Shown here in pieces: positions 1 to 11,902 of a stretch of 64,000 bases of DNA (position 1 is its first letter; every line of letters begins with the position of its first letter). A program made the translations under genes and the position numbers. This DNA comes from Amphiscolops sp. MND2022. Taxonomy: Eukaryota. The notes beneath the pieces were generated by a model, which searched no databases, was not told where the DNA came from, and worked only from the letters and a program-made list of their open reading frames with translations. The stretch spans positions 68,760,001-68,824,000 of the forward strand of contig OZ076409.1 of NCBI GenBank assembly GCA_964187785.1, written 5' to 3'.

Positions 1-836
1 TCCGGCGCCTCCGACAAAAAGGAGAAGAAACAGGTTAACTTTACAAATAGTGTCCCGCAAAAAACCTTAAAAGGACATCTGGAAGTGTCTACTGTTGAAA
101 CCAGCAGAACCTGATGATTTCCAAAATGCAGATAATTCGGAACTGGAAAGCTGAGACAAAATGTGTAGTTTTAATATGCCATCAAAGAAATAGGGTCTAA
201 TCTAACGCAATGTTTTTGTCCTTCAGCAAAACAAGGAGCTGGCCATCGCCAAAGTAGGACTGACGTGTGTAGTGTTCTTCGCAATTGCATGGACTCCTTA
301 CGCCATTGTCGGTCTCGTCGGCCAATTCAAGGGCCCCGAAAACATCACCCCCAGATGGTCCACCCTGCCAGCCCTGTTCGCCAAGTCCGCTTGTGTCTAC
401 AACGCCTACATCTACGGGTTCATGCACCCCAAATACCAGTAAGAGCACCTCTCCTATTCATTTTTTGGGGCGAAAACTGTCGAATCGTGCCAGATTGATA
501 GCTAATATTGTAATTAATGGCTCTGCTATGCTTCAACAAGTTGCTGTCATGCTTGACAAGGCACAAACTTCAACAAACAATTCATACAGCCACGATGCCT
601 ATGTACCACGAAATCGATAACAGTTTCATTGAAACATTAAAGCCCAGCTACTTAACTGATGAAGTTGGTTGTATCACAAAGAAAAAACTTGAAACTAGGA
701 CAGTTCTCGAGGACCTCACGAAGTAAATTTTTGTTTTTTTTTCAGATACCAGATCAAGAAGCGATTCCCCTGCTTCGCCACCCCAACCGAAGCATCGACG
801 ACTGCCGGTTCTGCGTCCCAGTCTCAAGGCAACTAA
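1..836 (+). CDS. Rhabdomeric-type (Gq/r-) opsin, 3' part (ICL3, TM6, TM7, C-tail); exons <1-33, 227-438, 746-836
   Basis: Manual spliced translation: SGASDKKEKKQ|QNKELAIAKVGLTCVVFFAIAWTPYAIVGLVGQFKGPENITPRWSTLPALFAKSACVYNAYIYGFMHPKY(Q)|YQIKKRFPCFATPTEASTTAGSASQSQGN*. Shows the TM6 WTPY motif, the TM7 retinal-binding Lys (AAG 383-385, in PALFAKS) and the HPK motif typical of r-opsins. GT-AG introns 34-226 and 439-745 keep the frame. Confidence 0.93.
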
Positions 837-1300
837 ACTCTCTCATCCACATCTCTCGCTAACCCTTAACTCTATCTGCAATTCTCAATGTAGCAATACA
901 TGTAATCTGATTCCGAATACAACCGACCAGCATGCCTGTCTGTCTACCTGCCAGTATCTCTCAAATCATATCAGAAACTAGAAGTTCCTCTAAAACTTGA
1001 ACATACAGAGTCTATAGTACGCTCGTCATAATTGCACACCGCTATTACATAAATTTGAAAAAAAAACAAGTATAAAAATGAAAAAAAATGAAAAATACGG
1101 AAAACAAAGAAATGACTAAACAGTGAATGAAAAAATACCGAGTGTGCAAATATGCGCAGCCTATTCTTATTCCTAATCTAAACTCTAGGGATTTTATTAT
1201 TCCTGATCCAAATATACGCAAATTGTAAAGGTGTCTTGCATGCTCAGTTCTTCTAAATGCTTGCTGATATTTTCATTGAATGCCGTGATTATATCCCATG

Positions 1301-1306
1301 AATAAA
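1301..1306 (+). promoter_or_regulatory. Candidate polyadenylation signal of the opsin
   Basis: First AATAAA seen downstream of the opsin stop codon (836). Confidence 0.45.
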
Positions 1307-1315
1307 AGCTGTAAC

Positions 1316-4300
1316 CTGAAGGTTGAGATGTTGAACTAGTTTGTCGCTGGTGTGAAGTTTGGCATCAGCGGCTATGGATTCGTGAGGTCTTCCTGTTTCT
1401 AGAAGCCGAGATAACCTGTCTATTTCTTCGTCGCGCACTTCAACCTAAAAATGAATAATTCATAAACTAGGTGAAAAATAATTGGAGGTTAAAATGAAAA
1501 TTGTCATAAATCGCTAATTAGGAAACCTCTACAGCGAAACACAACACTATGTAAATTATCAGCTTTGAAGCGTCTCAAAAATGCTGTTTCAAACTGTCAC
1601 GGCGTACTTTGCTGGTTATTATTCAAAATTTTGAACATGTAAATCGTGTAGACATTTTTATTAGTCTTCATATTATCCCATATTACACAATTTCATTCCG
1701 CTCGAAATAATTAAAACAAGACAGGCACGTCTCAAGTCGGCGCCCAGCTTGAGGCTCAAGATGAGCTTTTTAAAATTTGCTCAATATCTCAAATAAAAGC
1801 GTACCAAAAATACCCAAAGGAGTACCTTTCGCGCTCGGAAAATTTTCTGTAAATGAAAACCTCAAAGAAACATCAAATAGATCAAAGACCTTTTTCGAAA
1901 GTCATAGAGTAATAATAATCAAAGAATTTATCAGGGTGCACTGTATTTAATTTTTCATAATTTGAGTACAATATATGCTATATAAAATCGTAGAGAAATA
2001 TCAACATAGAGCACAAACTAAAAATTAAGATAGCCCCTGAGAAGGCTTCCTATAAGAACAGAGGCTTTTTGAGAGAAAACCTTTTGAGACAGTTTTTTTC
2101 TTTTCTTAGTTTTCTAGTGTGGTAGAGATTTGACTTTTATTCAACAGTTTCTATCTATCCAGCCAAGAAATTCTAATTTCTGAATAAGATCAATTAATTC
2201 ACCATTGCCAAAAATGTAAAGATCTGCAATTTAATGGTAGAAATTTGGGGAAAAAATCGTCCATTTCGCATATCAGTTCGTCAGTAGGTAAAACACACCA
2301 CTTGCACGGGGCATTGATGAGTATTATTGCACGAGAATCTAGCCTATCATTTTCTGTAGGGAGGTTCCAAATGTTTAGACTTCCATTTCTTGTTTGTCTG
2401 TTTTGAGTTCCAATGCTAAGAGGTTTGAAACCATTTCGTATCTGGTTAAGGGAAAACTTGAGGATCTCGTAGACATGATTCTCAAATACTGTTCCGATTT
2501 TTAGATCTTTGAATTTTTCGGTAACGCTGGTCCTGGTAGGAAGCCTGAAGGCTATCCTTATAACTTTTTAGGAAAATTTTGTGGAATTTGGTTTTCGGGC
2601 CCAGCCATACAGAAGAACGCCATACTGTACAAGAGGTGATACGAATGATCGAATATATTGTATTAATTGTTTTTCGTTCAACGTTGCCCTTAATTTGTAA
2701 TGGATTCCGCTATGCTGCGCTAGTTTGGCAGTACCATGAATGTGAGTGCCAAAAACCTTGAAGGGGGACCTTAGGTGAAAAAGAAAATATTCGGAAAAAA
2801 TCCCTAAGGGTTTTGGTCTCTAGTAGTTACGAAGATACGGTATAAACTATCAAAAACTGAAAGGTGAACACTATAAAAAACTGGGACCCTGTAGTTTTTG
2901 GGTTCCCTTCAGAACTAAGGCTTGAAGTCTGTAAAAAGTGTCACTTTTTGTTACAAAATCGCCGACTAAAAATGAGATGAGCTCCACGAATCATTTTGAT
3001 AAGCATGCAAAGATAAACATAATGTATAAATATCAAAGAATTCATTGCTACAATATTGAACCAGATGTTCGTCGAATGCATGGATATTTTGCGTCAAATA
3101 TTCCTCAGATAATTTAATTGTCAGTAAATAGATTTTTGTATCAGCTTTCTTGAATCGGCAGAGGCCTAAACAAATTCAAAAGTGGTTTCTTTCTAAATCT
3201 CAGAGAACATCTCAAATTCCCACGCCATGTAATAGAAATATGATTGAAACATCTTGTTTAACTAGGAAATTCCATTTAACTATTACAGTAAACAAGCAGG
3301 GACAGGCCCAAGTCGGCGCCATATCTAAGGCTCAAAAATAGCAAAAGGACTTCAAAGTGTCAAGTATTCTTTGACAAAACCCGAAAAACCCATAAGTTCA
3401 ACCGAATTGGCGCACCGGGGGACCCTTTCGGACTTTTAACATTCATTGTTGCAAAACATCAAAAAATTGAAGGGGGACCCTTTGGTGAAATTTTTTTGGA
3501 AAAAGTCTCACAATGCCGAAAAAAACTGACAGGGGGGCCCTTTGGGATTTTTCACCGTCCATTCTGTCGCAAAACATCAAAAAATTGAAGGGGGAACCTT
3601 TGGGGCAATTTTTTCTAAAGCCTCACAATGCCGAAAAAAACTGAAAAGGGGACCTTTTAGTCTCTCCCGGTATTGTATGTTACGCGAAAAAAGAGGATAG
3701 ACATTTTTGGTTCAGTTCGCTAGGCCAAATGATTCAATTTGGGACCATAACATTTCGTAGAACTTTTAAGAACTACTTTGGTCAGTTCGTGTGTATTGAA
3801 AAAAGTCACTATAATAGTCGCGTTTCACTTCATGAAGCGCCGACTAAAAAAACTCATTTACACGAACTGCGCAAAAACGCACAGATCAGTCGATGTGGCA
3901 GTTCAAGAGTTAAAGCGTTGATTTCCGAAGGAGGACTGGGTTCGATTCCTGCTAGGTTCAAATTTTGCAACAATTTATTTAAATTACAAAGCAGAAGGAA
4001 TCGAGTTCTACAAAAATCGATTTTTATCTTCTCAAGATATAACCCTGTAATGTGAAAAAAAAGCTTTTCAAAATTTATTACAATTGACTTGAGAAGTTTT
4101 CTCAGTATCATGGTCCAAATCCCCAATGTTCCGGGGAAGTTTCTGGGCTCATAAAATTTATCAAGAAACCCATACGTTCTGCTTTATTGGCAAAACATTA
4201 AAGAAAATTGGACGGCATGTTTCGAGATTTGAGTTATTTTCGCATTCATTGTTGTTGGATGTCTCGTAGCTCCCGTCCGTTTGGGTTTTACTTTTTTCAT

Positions 4301-7300
4301 GCATAGCTCCTGTCCGTTTGGGTTTTACTTTTTCCATGCATTTTCATGCATAGCTCCCATCCTTACCTTCAAATTTCTGAGAAATGGTGCGTCAGTGCTG
4401 CTCCGTAGGTAGTACAAAAGCTTTTTTCCAATATTAGAGTACTTCGCATCTTTCTAGGAAAGCAATTTAATTCTTTTTTCAGCCAATTGCGTTCTCTTGC
4501 GAGAAAGTGACAAGTTAGATTGATCAATGCAGTAAATATAGAATCACGATGCTTTCAAAGCATGCTTAACTATACTTGATTTCGCAAAATGTTTCCATGA
4601 AGTCTGATTACATTGCGTTTAATGGAAAGTTATTTCTGAATTGTAAAAAGCGTTTTTCAAGAAATTACGGTGTCGTTTTTTTGTCGATACGAACAAAACA
4701 ACAATGGCAATTCAGTTCTTGTTTTTATGAAACTGACAACACTGAATGCTCAATAGTCTCGTACTTAGGGCGTAAAAACTGTTTGATCGAACTTATGTAT
4801 AGGTTAGGGAATTGTAGTGAGATATCTAGGGTGATAGTGATAGACAGCCCCCATGGTTTGACTCATTCTTACTTAAGGGCTTCGAAAAGTTTTTTTCTAA
4901 CATTATAGAGCTCATAAAATGCAATGAAATGCGTAACAAAAAATTTGAGGCTTCATCCCCTCTTCATCAGATAAAAATTCAACATCCTTCCAGTAGATGA
5001 CAGATATTTTGCAAGTATCTTCCCGTGGTGAATGCAGATTGGCCACACCCTTTGAAACGTTTCCGCTTCTCATACTTGCATTCAAAGCATTTTTGCAGAA
5101 GTCGTCAAAATTGCGACATTCATTTCTAAGATCGCCGTCACTTGAAACGCTGACACTTTTCAGCCTGTCTTTTGAAAATGCGCGTTATTGCGTCAAATTG
5201 GAAAACACTTAAAATTGCCATTAAAAAAATTGCGATCCCACCTTTTTCCCATCCCTGTCGATAAACCACTTTGTTTCTAGTAGATACATCTACTACAATT
5301 GCTTATGGACGTTTCATTAATGTTCCTCACAAAATTGGTCTATAATTTTATCTCTCAACTAAATACAAAGTACCAAATGGGACCGTAGAATTACAGAAAT
5401 ACCTCTGCTTTGCGGAACCCTTGTGGAAATTGAGAAACTTATCCCAAAATACGATATAAAAAGATGGAATGAAATAGAAAAAGAACCCACATGCGATGAA
5501 AATAGATTTTCATTTCAAATTACCAAATGTACAACAATCTATCAGTTCAGGGAACTATATATAGTTCGGGCCGCTGGGACTTTGGCATGCAGTTACTCTT
5601 ACACTCACCTTCTTCTTGGTTCTGGTCCCGCGAGGCAAGGACTTTGAGTTGGTGCTAGAGTAAGTGGCGGACCCTCCGTACCTGCTAGAGGTGGGGGTTC
5701 CCAGGGATCGACCCGCTGTTCTACGACTACTCATCGTAATATAACCAGACTCCACTAACAATAATCCGAGAGAAGATCCACGGTAAGTGTGTGATACACT
5801 ACGTATAGCAGCTTTAAACCAAACGATAGAATTTAGTTTCGTAAAGAACGTGCAATAATAAATAGTCGAAAATTAATTTAAACATTAGATGGTTAAATTG
5901 TTTCATTTTAAAAGACCACATGCAAAGTAGTAGAACGCATAGAACACGCTCTGTTATCAATCGACTGAAAATACATCAGAAACGGAGCTGTTTTTGAATG
6001 AAGATTTAATTGGCAGCAAAATGAAAGCATCAGAAACGAAATCAGCGAGACAACTGAAAAATTGTTTTACCAACAGTTCGCTCTCGATGCATTGTTGTAT
6101 TATTGAACTGGTATGTGCAGAAGATTTAGATGCCATTATTTAATAACAACGATTAAAGAAAGAGTTAGAATAGAAGCTGATTTGAAAGAAGTGATAGAAA
6201 AATGCTTACTTGGTGTTTCAAACTCTCCACTTTTTGCAAGGCCAGATCTCGCTCGTTTTTGACAGACTCAAGTTCCTGTTGGACCGCTCCGATTCGTTCG
6301 TCTGCCACTACTAGCATATCGGCCATATACGCCTCGTCCGCTTTCGTAGCTACCTTGTCCCCTTCGCCGCGCTCCGACTTACCATGGGCCGGCCCCACTG
6401 CTACTGAACTTCCTAGATAAAGCGCAACTTTTGTAACAAAATACTTTAAAACATTTTCCTTGGAGATACTTCAAGCCAAAAAGGAGTTTTTATTCAGATC
6501 TTGCATTTCAGCTCAACAAAATATTGCAAGATCTCACAAAAAATGCGTCAAGCCCTAACTACGGTTAAACATCCCATGAGAAAAAGCTGAAACAAGGTTG
6601 TATTAATGATTGTGTCCACGACTATTTGAATTCACTATTTTGAATATCAGGTTTGAATATATGAGGTTCAAAACTGACAGTGGTTCAAGAATTGACAGTG
6701 AGTAACTCGAAACACAAGCTCAAAAGTTCTTCAATTTGAAGACTTCATACAAAAGTAATAGTGCTCAGCTCAGTATAATCAATCATACATGCACTAACCC
6801 TGAGTCATTTCGGATCTGGTGGTTTTCGTAGTCCCGGGTTCGGGGACAACGAAGCTGTCGATGTCCATTCTCTGTCTCCTCATTCCACCGCCGCCACTCT
6901 TCTTTTTCATTCCTGAAGAATTATACGTATTGATGAGATGCGTCTCACTGAAGATTATTGACATCTTGGGGGGAGTCCGAAATTTATTTCAGGCTGAGAG
7001 GTTTCAAATTTAGAACAAGATGTACAGTTTGATTCTGAAATTTCAGTTTCAGTTGATATTCTTAAACGACTCCCGATTTGGCCGAGTTGCACGAAATTGA
7101 ATGATCTGGTTTTAAAATCTAGTCAGAATCAAACTAGTTCAAAAATTGGGCCAATCTTTTCAGACAAATGATGACAGACACGTCTGGGAAAAAGGATATC
7201 CCACGATTGATACTTCAGCTGAAGGAAGAATACGTGAAACAATACTTCAATAGGTTTAATATTTCAACACTTGGATGGTTTGAAGATTTCAGATTCTATT

Positions 7301-9954
7301 TCCGAGCAAATACTTCGGAAATAAACAAGAACTAAATCACACAATATATCAACGGAAGCAAGTTACAAAAAGTACAATGTTGAATATAAAGGTTTCCTAA
7401 GTAGCAAAGAACAAAAGTTCAACAAGTTAACCTTGAAAAAGACTATCAACTTACATTACTCGAACGAATTGTCAATCAAAATATTTTGACTTTAATTCCA
7501 AACGAAAAACCGAACTCTCAGACATCGATTTCAAAATATTTATCGACCAGGCACGTTAAAATTTCTTCACTTTCGAAATCTGATAAATAGAGGTTTTCAA
7601 CGACTTCGGTATCACCAAAAATTGTGATTTGATATGGCCAGAAAACTGGTTTCACCTCAGAACTAAAGAAAATGTATCATCACTGCTTTAACCTTCCAAA
7701 AAATCAGATCAACTTATATTCACCGTTTGAGGTGTTGGCATGCACAATGGCAGTTGCAGTATTTGACCCACTGCACTTTTCTTGCAACTCCTTGATTTTG
7801 TCGTCTCTGGCTTTCACGTCTTTCTCTAATTGTTTAACCTTCAATGGAAATACACTATGCCAATTATTTCTCCAAATTGAACCTAATAAGCAACACAAAC
7901 TAGTCACTAACTTTTGCTAAATATTGGCTGTTGAGGAACTTCATGTCTGCATTTTCATGCTCCAGTTTTCTCAGCTGAAACAATTAAAAATTCATGATTT
8001 TTTCCAAGCTGACAACACTAACATCGTGCTGTGCTAAAGAAAGATTTCATGCCAATCAGATTGGACACTAATTTCAATTGGTACTAATTTTGGTTATAAC
8101 GAATCAAACCGTGCCTGATTTTTAGTTTCGTGGAACCAAAAATCATTATAGGCAACTTTTCAGTTCTAATGTTTGAATCAAGTTCGGTAACCGCTGTCCG
8201 TTATAAATGACAGCTGACTCAGCTGGTATTTCGGTATAGATCCGTTATATTGGTTATTCGTTATAAACGATGTTATCTGTGCCACGAGTTTTTAGGTAGA
8301 ATAGACGATAGATATGACCCACAGATTAGATTACTTTCATGTTGAATTCTTCTATCTAATCACATGAAAGCTATAATATGATCAATATTTTCAACAAGCA
8401 ATACAAGTAAAGCAGTAAGATTCACCTGGTCTTTGTTTTCCCTCACAGTTACGTCCATCTCATCGTTTTTAAGTAATAACTTTTTGTGTAATTCATTCTG
8501 TTCTCTAAGTAGGCGAGCATTCTCCAATGCATAGGGTTCCACAACATTTTCCACTTCTTTTGAGTCGTGAACAACCTAAATTACAACAGCAATTAAAGAA
8601 TAGCTCTGGTCCAACACTGTCTCCAGTCTCGAATTATTTTTTTGACCCCCCTATACTTAAAAACGTTAAATATACGAACTTCAAGCTTTTCAAGCTGTAG
8701 TTATTAAGTGAAATTTCTCCAAGTACAGTAAGTTCAACCTCAATTGAAAGGCATGCTAGAGTAAAAACAAGCCATGAAGGGCATAAATCGGCGCCCCGCT
8801 TTTTTCTTTTATAGTATTTTCTTTTATAGTACCCAAAAAACCCAAAGGGGGCCGAACTGCCGCGCCAGGCGCCCGCTAGCGCAGGCTCCTGGCGCGTTAA
8901 AAGGGGGGACGCTTTGGGATCCATTCTGTTGCAAAATATCAAAAAAATTGAAGGGATACCACCCCTTGGAGACATTTAAAAATTTTCGAAAAGTTACGTG
9001 AAGCGCCGACTAAAAATTCACATGTTTTGATCATCATTTCGATTCAAGTGCTTTTTAAGGTGAGGGGAAATGGAAACGAATATCGACTTGCAATAGAAGA
9101 GGAGTTATATCACGATGACAAAAGGAATGAAGCCAAGTAGTGAAGACAATTATTCAACATATACCGTACTCATTCGAAAAATAATCGCGTTCTTTTAACA
9201 AACCTCATTTGCTATAGCGGTAAATGTGTGTCGGATATTTTTTCGAATAAATATGGCACGTCTTTTCTGACCATTGATGAATTACAAACTGAATAATGAT
9301 TTCAAGTGAATATAAACAAAAAATGCACTTCGTACCGAAACGACGATTGGGGACCTGAAAAGTTTCGATATTACGCATCAATGTAACTAACGCTTATACC
9401 AGATCTAAGCAGGTACTTTTGCACCTAACAAAAGTGCCCAGTATCAATGCGTACTTGCAGTAATTTGGAAAAGTTTCATTTTGAAAAATATATCTCTTAG
9501 GACCATGAAATGGCTCTACTGATAGTTTAACATTGAAAACTTTCAATAAGCTATTTCATGAAATAACTAGCGCTTAACTTCAACGTTTAAAACATATTCA
9601 GCCTCTTTCGAGTAGGGTAAAATAGTATCTTGTATAAAAGGCCATTTCTCATATCCCGGCAGTCCTTAAAGTTCTCGAACCACTTATTTCATGATAAACT
9701 CACATTTGAAACTAACGAAAATGAATAATGCTAACTTTAGTGGCCTGTTGTTTAGATTTCTTTAAACTCTCTGTTGTCTGAACTAGGTCATTGAATAGTT
9801 TCTCAACAAGAGGCAGAGAGTCCACTCCTAAAGACTGCCTGTACCCCAATTGGTCAAGTCGCTTCCTTAGCGTCATGTACTTCTTGCCTTCCAGGCCTCC
9901 TAGGGTGGCCAGACCGCCAGTGGGGTCAGCGGCCGAGGTCACGGCCGGGGTCAT
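1316..9954 (-). CDS. CEP135: Centrosomal protein 135 (CEP135/Bld10), N-terminal part; exons 9736-9954, 8426-8575, 7912-7974, 7724-7838, 6799-6912, 6210-6412, 1316-1444; continues beyond the left edge
   Basis: Motifs match the CEP135 N-terminal coiled coil in order: KKYMTLRKRLDQLGYRQSLGVDSLPLVEKLFNDLVQTTESLK, EPYALENARLLREQNELH, LRKLEHENADMKFLNSQY, RRQRMDID, VADERI, VEVRDEEIDRLSRLLETGR..KLVQHLNLQ. All junctions are GT-AG and in phase; the last visible exon ends in a donor with no stop. Confidence 0.92.
3291..3850 (-). mobile_element. Helentron/DINE-1-like non-autonomous element, family A
   Basis: Element strand reads TTTTT-AGTCGGCGC (sub-TIR) ... internal GGGTCCCCC tandem units ... GCGCCGACT, GC hairpin, CTTGTT. 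No TSD. Confidence 0.8.
5609..5734 (-). CDS. Putative alternative first coding exon inside a CEP135 intron (MSSRRTAG...RTKKK)
   Basis: GC-rich island in an AT-rich intron. ATG at 5734, 42 open codons, strong phase-0 donor AAG|GTGAGT compatible with the phase-0 acceptor of exon 1316-1444. Confidence 0.45.
8766..9016 (-). mobile_element. Family A, internally deleted copy
   Basis: AACAAGCC..TCGGCGCC left end and GCGCCGACTAAAAA right end. Confidence 0.65.
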
Positions 9955-10135
9955 GATGGGGAGGATGGTCTTATAAGGGTTTCCAATTAGTCATGAAACA
10001 CATCTAAAATTCAGAAATAGAAATTCCAGTTCCACTGTAACTAAAATGAAGAGGGAAAACGTTTTTCCAAACGGGTTCTACAGGAACATTGGAGTCATGA
10101 CTAAAAAAGGGTTTTAAGGACGACTTCCGTTGTTT

Positions 10136-10930
10136 AAAATAGGCCCCTCTGGGGCACACTTTGTTTCTGCTTTTAGGCTTTCATCTTCAATAATAGAAGC
10201 ATATCTTAATCATTTATCCTCGACAATGATTTCGTCCTCAAACGAGGACAGCAATTTTTTCACAATCAATAAAAAAGTACGAAACGCAAAAAGCATATAG
10301 GATAACGAAAATTTGTTTTTCTTATCAACAATCTATTGGACTATCTGGAGCGATGTGTTATTTGTGTCAATAGAGTTTGTTTTCCGAACCACCGGCAAAA
10401 AGGTAACTGGGAAAAAGTGAAAATTTGCAAAAAAAATACTTCTGAGAAAATCAACTTTTTCTCAATAACACAGCAACTTTTGCCAAGTTACTGTCACACA
10501 TATACAGCGCAAAATTAATCACTACCAGTTTACACAGCCTTCAATTCGTATCGGACTAGAGTAAATATAACTACTAAGCGTAGACGAAGTTTCGCATTCG
10601 CATTTGAATGCAGGCAAAGCTGTCGGCGAACGAATAATTAACACCCATTCGCTTCATTTCAATAACTCGGCCTACGAAAGCATAATTACCAACATTCGCT
10701 TGCTTCATCTCAATGACGTCAGCATACGAAAGCATAAATACCAAGCGCTCGCTTCATCGCACAGAGAATTGAATTGTCGTCGGCAGCCTGAGAAATTTAA
10801 TTCTCACGCTTATAGTCACTGCCGAACAAAATATCTGAATTTTTCAGTATTGCGATGAGAATTTTACTGAAAAAAAAGTGGACATCTTGAGGTTTCAATA
10901 ATATTCCTACTATCGCAGAAATAGTTAAAA
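10136..10930 (-). mobile_element. Helentron/DINE-1-like element, family C (with ~300-bp internal insert)
   Basis: AAAATAGGCCCC-nnn-GGGGC hairpin end; sub-TIRs TTTCTGC / GCAGAAAT; homologous to the copies at 16770, 27275, 29888 and 38277. Confidence 0.75.
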
Positions 10931-11590
10931 AACAAGCCGGGACCGGCCCAAGTCGGCGCCATATCCAAGGCTCAAAAATAGCAAAAAGACTTCCAGGTGT
11001 CAAGTACTCTTTTACAGTACTCGAAAATCGAAATTTTTTGAAAAAAAAATTTCGAAAAAATTACATACTCAAAAAAATGGACCGAGTGGCGCGCCGGGGC
11101 TGGCGCGCTAAAGTCTCACAATGCCGAAAAACTGAAAGGGGGGACCCTTTGTGGTTTTTCAACATCCATTCTGTCGCAAAACATGAAAAAATTGAAGAAA
11201 ACAAAAATTTTCATTTTCGGGAAAAAATCTCACAATGCCGAAAAAAAACTGAAAGGGGGGACCCTTTGGGATTTTTCAACATCCATTCGGTCGCAAAACA
11301 TCAAAAAAAATGCAGGGGGGACCCTTTGGGGAAAATTTTTCTTTCGAAAAAAAGTCTCGCAGTGCCGAAAAAAAAATGAAAGGGGGGAGTCTTTGGTCTC
11401 GCCCGGTATGGTATGTTACGCGGAAAAACAGGAAAAACCTTTTTGGTTCAGTTCGCTAGACCAAATAGTGCATTTTGATGCAATAATATTTTGTAGAACT
11501 TTTGTAGAACTATTTTGGTCAGTTCGTGTGGATAGAAAAAAAAGTCATTATAATAGTCGCGTTTCACTTCATGAAGCGCCGACTAAAAAA
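10931..11590 (-). mobile_element. Family A, full copy inserted in the A-run at the end of a family-C element
   Basis: Intact ends. The empty site is visible in the paralogous segment at 17290-17300. Confidence 0.85.
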
Positions 11591-11902
11591 CGTTATCTAT
11601 TAAGAATAAACTTTGCACGATGTTATCCAAAAGAAATCAACATTTGCGATTAGATCGCACAATTTCTTGAACTCAACTAAGTTGAGCGATGATAAAATGT
11701 AACATTTAGCATTTCATTTGGAGTGTCAATCTATCATTACGTACATAAAACATTTTCCAATCAGTCATCATATTGGCGTTCATTAAGTAAGAATGGGACA
11801 ATCGCCAAGGCAGAATCACGATGACGTCACTTCGGATTAAAAGCCCCTTAGCGAAATGAAGGCAAAATGACGTCATTGAAACGAAATAAAAGGTTTTCCC
11901 AG

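Noticed and set aside
197..862. ORF-track proteins at 197-862
   Set aside because: These are wrong frames or the wrong strand of the opsin exons; the real frame has no ATG within the window.
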